A stretch of 64,000 bases of DNA from Clostridia bacterium (GTDB taxonomy: Bacteria; Bacillota; Clostridia; CAKSNL01; HGM11501), in NCBI GenBank assembly GCA_045545475.1, contig JAZQAZ010000029.1:29644-93643 (forward strand), in the 5' to 3' direction. Each line of letters opens with the position of its first letter. The stretch's first letter is position 1. Under the pieces are notes generated by a model, which saw only the letters and a list, made by a program, of their open reading frames with translations, had not been told where the DNA came from and ran no database searches. Positions 57,298 to 64,000 of this stretch are shown here, one piece after another. The position numbers and the translations under genes were made by a program.

Positions 57298-59940
57298 TTA
57301 ATTACTCTCTATTGTAATTTTCTGTGTTTCTCCGTCCCAGTTTACGGTATATCCCAGGATTTCGGAAACTATTCTTAAGGGAATCAGCGTTCTTCCGTCA
57401 ACAATTCTCGGTGCAACGATGGCGCTGTAACGGACGCCGTCAGCAATTACTCTGTTATCCTCTATTCTGAAGGTAACCGTCATATCGTCCTTCTTAACTT
57501 CAATCTGCTGAGTGTCGCCGTGCCATATAACTTCGGCTCCCATTTCCTCAAAGAGACCTCTTAAGGGAATAAGTGTTGTGCCGTTTACTATCATGGGTGC
57601 AACGTCGATTGTCTTTGTAAAGGCATCTGCCTTACCCTTCTTAACTAAGATGTCATTTGAGCCTATTGTAAGCTCAAAATGCTGTCTGCTCTGGGCCTTC
57701 TGTTCCTCCACAACGCTATCCTGAACAAGGAAGTTAACCTCGCAGAGTGTTGCGTGAGCATTTTTGATTTTACAACCGTCATCAAGAGATGAAGTTATGT
57801 CAAATCTTATATAGCGTGTTGTGATATACTCATAGAAGAAGTAATACTGGTCATCGAAGGATACCGCCTCGGGCATTGTTGCATCGAAAGCAACATAGGG
57901 CTCCCAGTTTACTCCGTCGTCCGAAATGCTTATTTCAAACGCCTTCCAGTGACCGCTTCTTGCGTGGCTTCCTCTGGGCTTTAATGCCACACCGCAGAAG
58001 GTTTTTTCGCCGGCTAAATCAATTTCAAGCCAAGCGGGGAACACCTGCTTTGAAAAGCCATCCGTTGTGCCGTCATCATTCATATACTGAGTGTGCCAGA
58101 TGGAGTTGTTATCCTCTAAAACGTGCTGAGGAATTAACGAAAGATTATATGCATTGGATGCGTTCATACCGTGATAGGGCTGTTCGCTGGATGCCGTTGC
58201 AGTCATCCCCTCTCTGTCAAGGAAGCTAAAGGTAAATTCGGGAAGTCTTTCGTAGTATTCCTTTGCTGTAACGGTTTCACTCCAGAACGGATCCGGCTTA
58301 AGGAGAGCAAGCTCTGCAAGAACAGCAAGGCTGTTCCAGGAGTCTGTTACAATAACCTTAACCGCCTTTGCCTTGATGTTTGCACCGAACTTTACGGTGT
58401 TGGGTGCTTCAATGGGGCTTGTTGCTGATCCGCTTCTGCCGTTATCATAGGTTTTGTCGTGAACGTGGTAGAAGTTTTCACCGTCATCGGAAACGTAAAT
58501 TTCAGCCTGGTTGAAGTAACCGGAGTAGTTGTTCTTTCTTACATAGAAACGAAGACCTGAAAATTCGGTTTCCTCATTGAAGTTTACCGTAAATTCGTAG
58601 GGAGGGGGATCCTTGTGGGTAATTTTACCGTCTGCCTCGTCATAATTTGTGTGCCAACAGTTGGTTTTATCTCCATCGATGATTTTTTCGATCTTACCCC
58701 AGGACTTTTCACTGGATGCTGTAGCTGTCCACTTAGCCTTGGGGGTGATTTCGGAAGGATCCAAGCTCTTATCAGAATAAACCTTCGATAAATCCTCTGT
58801 TACTTCGGGGATATTAAGTACTCTTTCGCCGGACTCGGTTGTGCCGGTTGCGGGAGCACTAGTTCCTGCCTGGGGAGTAGAAGGAGTTCCTGCATTTTCC
58901 GTGCCGCCGATTACACCGGGCGTTAAGAACTTAAGCTCGGCACCTGAGCCGTAGCCACCATCTGCTTCAAGCACTTCAAAACGGATTGCCTTGTATTCAC
59001 CGCTCTTTGCAAGCATATAGTTTTTGGGAGTTTTATCTTCCATATTGGGAGTGTAGGTAAATGTGCCTTCACCGATTAAGGTAAAGTCTGTTCCGTCAAC
59101 AGAGCCGTAAAGCTTGAACTTCTTTACCTTACCTGCGTATCCGCCCCAGGTTCTGGGATAATAACGGATTCCGCCGATTTCGATTTTTTCATTAAATGTT
59201 GCTGTTACTGACTGGGGAAGCTCATCTTTTCCGGTGATTTTTCCTTCCTCTTCGGCATAGTTTGTATGCCAGATGGTTTCCATATTGTCGTCAAACAATC
59301 TTTCTGCCTTACCCCAGGACTTTTCGCTGGTAGTGGTGATAACCCATTTATCATTGATGATTTCTGTGGGCTCGTCTGTATTGATTTCACCTGCAGGCTT
59401 TAAGAAGCGGAGCTCGCCGCCTGTACCATAGTCGGAATCTGCCGCAGTTATTTCAATTTTTATTGCCTTATAGGTTCCTGCCTTAGGAAGCTTATATTCC
59501 TTCGGAGTAATGTCAGCCATGCCGGGAGTGTAGGTAAATGTGCCCTTGCCGATAATGGAGAAGCTGCTTCCGTCAGCTGAGCCGTAAACGGAAAATTCCT
59601 TTACTTTACCGGAGGTTCCGCCCCAGGTTCTGGGATAATAGCGGAAGCCGGCTATATCCATTGCCTCGGGGAAGGTTACTGTTACTGTGTGGGGAAGGGG
59701 GCTTTTTTCTAAAACCTTGCCGTCCGCTTCCTTATAATCAGAGTGCCAGATTTTTGTGTGAGTTCCGTCAAAGAGATTTTCCACCTTGCCCCAGGACTTT
59801 TCGGAGCTTGCCACATAAGTCCACTGGAAAGGCACATATTCGTCTGCTAAAACGGGAATGTCCGCTGATTCCTCGGCGGAAATGGGTCCTATAAGAGTTA
59901 AAAGCATTAAAACTGCCATTAATAAAGCTAATTTTTTCAT
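57298..59940 (-). CDS. secreted protein with four F5/8-type-C (discoidin/CBM32) domains and a C-terminal copper-amine-oxidase stalk domain
   Basis: Repeated SEKSWGK..LFD....WH[ST].Y...YPR; C-terminal APMIVNGTTLIPLRG...GRTLIPLR.VSE.LG..V.WD. Confidence 0.85.
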   Translation of the reverse strand: MKKLALLMAVLMLLTLIGPISAEESADIPVLADEYVPFQWTYVASSEKSWGKVENLFDGTHTKIWHSDYKEADGKVLEKSPLPHTVTVTFPEAMDIAGFRYYPRTWGGTSGKVKEFSVYGSADGSSFSIIGKGTFTYTPGMADITPKEYKLPKAGTYKAIKIEITAADSDYGTGGELRFLKPAGEINTDEPTEIINDKWVITTTSEKSWGKAERLFDDNMETIWHTNYAEEEGKITGKDELPQSVTATFNEKIEIGGIRYYPRTWGGYAGKVKKFKLYGSVDGTDFTLIGEGTFTYTPNMEDKTPKNYMLAKSGEYKAIRFEVLEADGGYGSGAELKFLTPGVIGGTENAGTPSTPQAGTSAPATGTTESGERVLNIPEVTEDLSKVYSDKSLDPSEITPKAKWTATASSEKSWGKIEKIIDGDKTNCWHTNYDEADGKITHKDPPPYEFTVNFNEETEFSGLRFYVRKNNYSGYFNQAEIYVSDDGENFYHVHDKTYDNGRSGSATSPIEAPNTVKFGANIKAKAVKVIVTDSWNSLAVLAELALLKPDPFWSETVTAKEYYERLPEFTFSFLDREGMTATASSEQPYHGMNASNAYNLSLIPQHVLEDNNSIWHTQYMNDDGTTDGFSKQVFPAWLEIDLAGEKTFCGVALKPRGSHARSGHWKAFEISISDDGVNWEPYVAFDATMPEAVSFDDQYYFFYEYITTRYIRFDITSSLDDGCKIKNAHATLCEVNFLVQDSVVEEQKAQSRQHFELTIGSNDILVKKGKADAFTKTIDVAPMIVNGTTLIPLRGLFEEMGAEVIWHGDTQQIEVKKDDMTVTFRIEDNRVIADGVRYSAIVAPRIVDGRTLIPLRIVSEILGYTVNWDGETQKITIESN

Positions 59941-59952
59941 ATTTCCGCCTCC

Positions 59953-62640
59953 TTAAAACTGATTTTTAACAGCGTCAACAGTTGCTTTGTCAACGCTTTC
60001 GCCAAATGCATATACGTTGTCGCCTGCATCATAAACTTCCATTCCGAAAGCCTCCGCCATAAAGGTTACGGGAATGTACGGAATGCCGTCAATGTTTCTT
60101 ACCGGTGTCGTAATTGTCTTGTAAGCACCGTTTGCATAAGCATAGTCGCCGCCAATATAGGTGTAAACTAAAATGTCGTGGTTCTGCATCTTTACAAAAT
60201 TACGGTCTGTTTCAAATTCAATTTTGCTCTTACCGAAGGTAAGTGTTTCCTTTAAGAGATTTACGGGGAAGTAGGTTACACCGTCTTCCAGAACTCTTGC
60301 ACCATAGCGAAGGTCTGCCTCGTATGTAAATATTTTTGCACCGTTTACTGCCGCACGGTTGGATCCGCCCTTAACGATGGTAGTGCCAGAAAGGGATGCC
60401 CTCTGCTCTTTTGTCATGGAGATAAGTTCCTTTTCTGTGTAGCGGTAGTTAAAGCGACCAAGAGGTGCCGCATTACCGTCAACATAGAAGTTGAGGATGT
60501 CGGAATCGTCTGCATTGTCAACCCACTTGAATTCAAAGTCAAGTGTGCCGGTAAGTGCTGCATCGGCTCTGGGGATAGCAATCTGCAAGGTCTTTTCGCC
60601 AACCTTGTAGGGAACGCTTCCCTTAAGAGTCCATACGCCGTTTTCCAAAACTTCGAAGGAACCTGCCGATACGCCGTTGATTCTTAAATCATAGCCTTCC
60701 CAACCTGTTGCACGATTGCGGTCGGTATTAATATAGAGTCTCATCCACTTATCGTCGGTTTCGGGAGTGAGCTTTTCTAAGGTTTCTGCGTAGAAGTATA
60801 CCTTTTCTGAATCTCTTGCAACCTTTGATAAAATTACGTTGTTTCTTGCTGTGTAGTTTTCATATACTACGCCGCCGTAACCCATCTGATTTCTCGTGTA
60901 AGTGCCACGGTTATTGATAAATTCGGGAGCAACGCCGTTCCACTGTGCTATGTCTCCTGCAATGTCAATGGTAACCTCGGCAGAAGCGGGAACGGGTTTA
61001 TTTAAGCCCTTCCACTTTCTTACAAAGTCACAAAGGAGTGAGTAAGAATAGTCTTTGGAGCTACCCTTGGTCATTTCGCAGTCACGGCTGGTTCTTTCAT
61101 CGAAAAGGTCGATGAAGGAATTTTTGTAGTAAACATCGTCCTTACCCATATTTGAGTAGTCCTTCTGACGGCCAACCTGCCACTCATTCCAGCTGTCTAT
61201 AAGAAGAAGGTCTGCATCAACGTCCTTTGCCGCTGCATACTGTTCTTCTGCGAATATGTCATAAAGGTGCATATTCTCACGATAGTCTCTGCCATAGAAG
61301 TGAGTATCGCCCTGGGTATAAACGTAGGGAGAGCTTGCCGCAACCTTTATGCCTGTAACATGGTGGTCTAAGCTTGCAAAATTTAAGGAAATTGCTTCCG
61401 ATCTGCCGTTCGGACCCTGTGTCAGCACAGGCTCCTTGGGAGAATTTGCATCAAGAGACTGCCACTTTCCCAGGGTATAGGGTGCACCTGCATAGTTTCC
61501 TCTGAAGGTGAAAAAGTCCATAATTTCATTGGCAAGAGCCACATCTGCAGGGTCGTTTTTATCATAATATTCTTCAATAGATTCGATATGTCCCATAAAG
61601 AGGGGCTTACCCTCGAAGTAATACCAGGTTTCCTTGTACATACCGGGCTTGTAGAAAGAAAGGTATGCATGCTTTATCTGAGGCCAGGTTTCCTTTACAG
61701 GGAAGGATAAGTTACTGAGCATTGCAATTTTCGGGGAAGGTGTTCCCATTTTCATCGCATCGGCAAATGCATTTGCAAGAATTGTCATATTCTTGTGGAA
61801 ATAACGGCTTCCGTTGGTATCGTCAAAGAAAAGGAAGTCAACCCCCGCACTTCCGAGAATTTCTGCATGCTTTCTATATACCCAGTAGTCAACACCGGAA
61901 TAGTAACCAAAGAGCGGCTCATCCCAGAAATAAATTGCATCTGTGGGCCACTGGGGGTTCATGTACTGGTCGGGTGCGAAAATTTCGGGGTATTTTTTGA
62001 ACCACTCAGTGTTATTTACAACCGGTCTGCCGTCTTCCCAGGAAGCGTGCCAGGTGTGATAGAAAAGACCGACGTTTCTTGTGGGGTCAGCCTCGCCAAC
62101 CTCTTCATAGTCGGCAAGTGTTCTGCCAAGTCCGTCTGTCATTGTCCAGTTTTCAACATGAAGGTCGATTACATCGTCATCAGTAGCAACAGTTCTTCCC
62201 TTAAATTCGGTGCAAGCCTCTTTTGAAAGGGTGATGCTTTTTACCTTTGCATTATTTGCAACGATGGGTGAGATGTAAATGTCGTGAGAGCCGGATGCCG
62301 TGATATTTACGCCGAATGAGTCTTCCTTATCGGTCTCAATCATAGGAACATAGCCGAGGAGTGTGCCGTTCATGGAGTCAAGTCGGATCTCCATAACCTC
62401 GCCGTCTTTCGCCGTTCCGTAGGCAGGCGTGCCTGTGATTAAAACAGATTTTACGCCGTCTAAATTTACGCCGGTGAACTTAACGTACTGACCGGCATTA
62501 AGTGTTACCTCATCTGCAATCTTTACGCCGTCTCCTGCAGTCGCATCTTTAACCAAAAGTGTTACATCACCTTCGGCAAAGGACGGCATAAAGGAAAGCA
62601 CAAAGATTAAGATGAGCATAAGTGCCAATGCCTTTTTCAT
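59953..62640 (-). CDS. secreted putative glycoside hydrolase (GH71/99-like TIM barrel) with CBM6-like N-terminus and stalk C-terminus
   Basis: VGLFYHTWH, W.EPLFGYY, HA..L..AGVDFLFFD.TN, DSWNEW; N-terminal EIRLDS..G.L.G; C-terminal YIPV.F.AEAFG. Confidence 0.65.
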   Translation of the reverse strand: MKKALALMLILIFVLSFMPSFAEGDVTLLVKDATAGDGVKIADEVTLNAGQYVKFTGVNLDGVKSVLITGTPAYGTAKDGEVMEIRLDSMNGTLLGYVPMIETDKEDSFGVNITASGSHDIYISPIVANNAKVKSITLSKEACTEFKGRTVATDDDVIDLHVENWTMTDGLGRTLADYEEVGEADPTRNVGLFYHTWHASWEDGRPVVNNTEWFKKYPEIFAPDQYMNPQWPTDAIYFWDEPLFGYYSGVDYWVYRKHAEILGSAGVDFLFFDDTNGSRYFHKNMTILANAFADAMKMGTPSPKIAMLSNLSFPVKETWPQIKHAYLSFYKPGMYKETWYYFEGKPLFMGHIESIEEYYDKNDPADVALANEIMDFFTFRGNYAGAPYTLGKWQSLDANSPKEPVLTQGPNGRSEAISLNFASLDHHVTGIKVAASSPYVYTQGDTHFYGRDYRENMHLYDIFAEEQYAAAKDVDADLLLIDSWNEWQVGRQKDYSNMGKDDVYYKNSFIDLFDERTSRDCEMTKGSSKDYSYSLLCDFVRKWKGLNKPVPASAEVTIDIAGDIAQWNGVAPEFINNRGTYTRNQMGYGGVVYENYTARNNVILSKVARDSEKVYFYAETLEKLTPETDDKWMRLYINTDRNRATGWEGYDLRINGVSAGSFEVLENGVWTLKGSVPYKVGEKTLQIAIPRADAALTGTLDFEFKWVDNADDSDILNFYVDGNAAPLGRFNYRYTEKELISMTKEQRASLSGTTIVKGGSNRAAVNGAKIFTYEADLRYGARVLEDGVTYFPVNLLKETLTFGKSKIEFETDRNFVKMQNHDILVYTYIGGDYAYANGAYKTITTPVRNIDGIPYIPVTFMAEAFGMEVYDAGDNVYAFGESVDKATVDAVKNQF

Positions 62641-62822
62641 ATTTTTATTCCTCCTTTTTATATACAAGTCCATTATTAATTATAGCAGAGTGTCTCTTTT
62701 TTGTAAATAGGAAAAAAGGAGCTTTTAATGTGTTTTTTCCACTTTGTGCTTTCCCTCCGTGATTCTTCCATAGGCGTGTCACAGGGTTCGCCACTTTCCG
62801 CAAACCGTTTTCGTGAGATCGG

Positions 62823-63345
62823 CGAAGGGAACAGGTTTATCCGTTCCGTTTTTCGGAATGTATAAATGCATTCCTACGGTGTCCAGCAGACATTTACCGG
62901 GATGCATCGTAGGGTTCGGCGGTTCCCGACGAACTGCTTTTTCGTTGCGGTGTTTTATAGGGATGTTGTCACTCTGAACAGAGCCTGTTCCCTTTGTCAT
63001 TCTGAACGAGCCGTCAGGCGAAGTGAAGAATCTCTGTAACACACCTTTGTACAGAAAAAGGAGATTCTTCGGTCTTCGGCGTTTTTATCAAAACGCTTAC
63101 GCCTCAGAATGACAACGACAGACGTGGAATAATGACAGCATGGGCGAAACACAATCCTCCGTCCTTTGCACAAGGGAGGCATTGTAAAATGTTTCGGAAT
63201 GCATAAATGCATTCCCTACGGTGCAGGATGTCATTCTGAATGGAGGCAATTCCCCTTTTGTCATTCTGAACGTAGTGAAGAATCTCCTGAAACACTCGCG
63301 GTTGCGCTCCATATGAGATTCTTCGCCCTTCGGACTCAGAATGAC
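62823..63345. repeat. mosaic cluster of REP-like palindromic repeats
   Basis: GTAG-tagged units (62854-62877, 62909-62934, 63195-63219); GTCATTCTGA...GAAGAATCTC/GAGATTCTTC...TCAGAATGAC units (62996-63113, 63260-63345); GCCTCCCTTGTGCAAAGG unit at about 63155-63180 on the minus strand. Confidence 0.8.
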
Positions 63346-63403
63346 AATGGCGGAATAAGCACAAAAAAACACAGAGGCGGGTGCCTCTGTGCTTTTTGTT
63401 TTA

Positions 63404-64000
63404 TTACTCTACAGTTATTGTATCTGTATAAACCGTTTTGATGCTTCCATCCGTTAACTTATAAGTGATGAAGCCTCTTGCCTTGATACCAAGAGCTGTA
63501 TAGCTTGCGGAAAGCTTGTGCTGACCGGATGCTGTGTCGCTTGCGAATGCAGCCTTTACAGCCTTGCCGTTTGTGCTTGTCTTTCCTACTTCTGCTATTG
63601 TAAGCTCTCCGTAAGATGCATCCTTTACGTAAATTACACCTGTTTCAATAACTTCTGTTCCTTCGGGAACGTATCTTGTTGTGATGAAACCTGCAACATT
63701 TACGCCGTTTATCATGTCGGATGTCTGTGTGATTGTGATGGTTACTTCCTCTTCGACAGTTTCTGCTTCCTCAACAAATACCGCTTCAAGAGTTATGTTT
63801 GCGTCAGGTGCATAGAAACTATATTTCGTTAAATAGCTTACTACCTTGCCGTCAAGTTCCCAATGGCTGAACTTTTTGCCACTTTCTGCAGCAGCGGCTG
63901 TTGCTGTTACATATGTATCATAATCATATGTGCCGCTTGTTGTAGCTGCACTTCCGGCAGACTTAATTGTTCCGCCTATCACTGTGATAGTGCTCTTTCT
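63404..64000 (-). CDS. C-terminal part of a large secreted protein with an InlB-B-repeat-like segment (5' end outside the window)
   Basis: Frame open to the window edge; GKKFSHW....VVS....YSF.....LEAVF motif. Confidence 0.7.
   Translation of the reverse strand, partial: RKSTITVIGGTIKSAGSAATTSGTYDYDTYVTATAAAAESGKKFSHWELDGKVVSYLTKYSFYAPDANITLEAVFVEEAETVEEEVTITITQTSDMINGVNVAGFITTRYVPEGTEVIETGVIYVKDASYGELTIAEVGKTSTNGKAVKAAFASDTASGQHKLSASYTALGIKARGFITYKLTDGSIKTVYTDTITVE

Noticed and set aside
62779-63441. Short ORFs in the 62.8-63.4 kb intergenic region
   Set aside because: They translate palindromic repeats, lack RBSs and overlap in several frames.
1-64000. Numerous antisense/overlapping ORFs in the six-frame track; tRNA, rRNA and transposase genes
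   Set aside because: The shadow ORFs overlap well-supported genes and have no motifs. No RNA-gene or transposase signature was recognised.

Overview
Chromosomal segment of a spore-forming, moderately low-GC Clostridia-class bacterium (Bacillota, probably an uncultured gut lineage). Core genes include sporulation genes (spoIVFB, spo0A, spoIVB, pdaA, yqfC/yqfD, ylbJ), the phoH-HDIG-ybeY-era-yqzL-recO cluster, ppdK, proBAC and a polar amino-acid ABC transporter whose permease carries an in-frame amber stop. Accessory content includes carbohydrate modules, several SLH/stalk-domain surface proteins and three AT-rich patches. No rRNA, tRNA, CRISPR array or intact transposase was seen. The most notable system is a BlaI/BlaR1-type operon (14.6-17.8 kb). 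Its M56 peptidase gene stops before the conserved 'LKRR' helix. Two separately translated genes follow, each starting with a near-identical copy of the missing helix plus a TM segment but carrying different extracellular domains. This looks like a genetically split receptor with interchangeable sensor subunits. Also notable: a 219/285-bp highly structured dispersed repeat with variable loops (14323-14541 and 50541-50825), and a dense mosaic of REP-like palindromes (62.8-63.35 kb). All product calls are from motif recognition by eye; no database searches were run.
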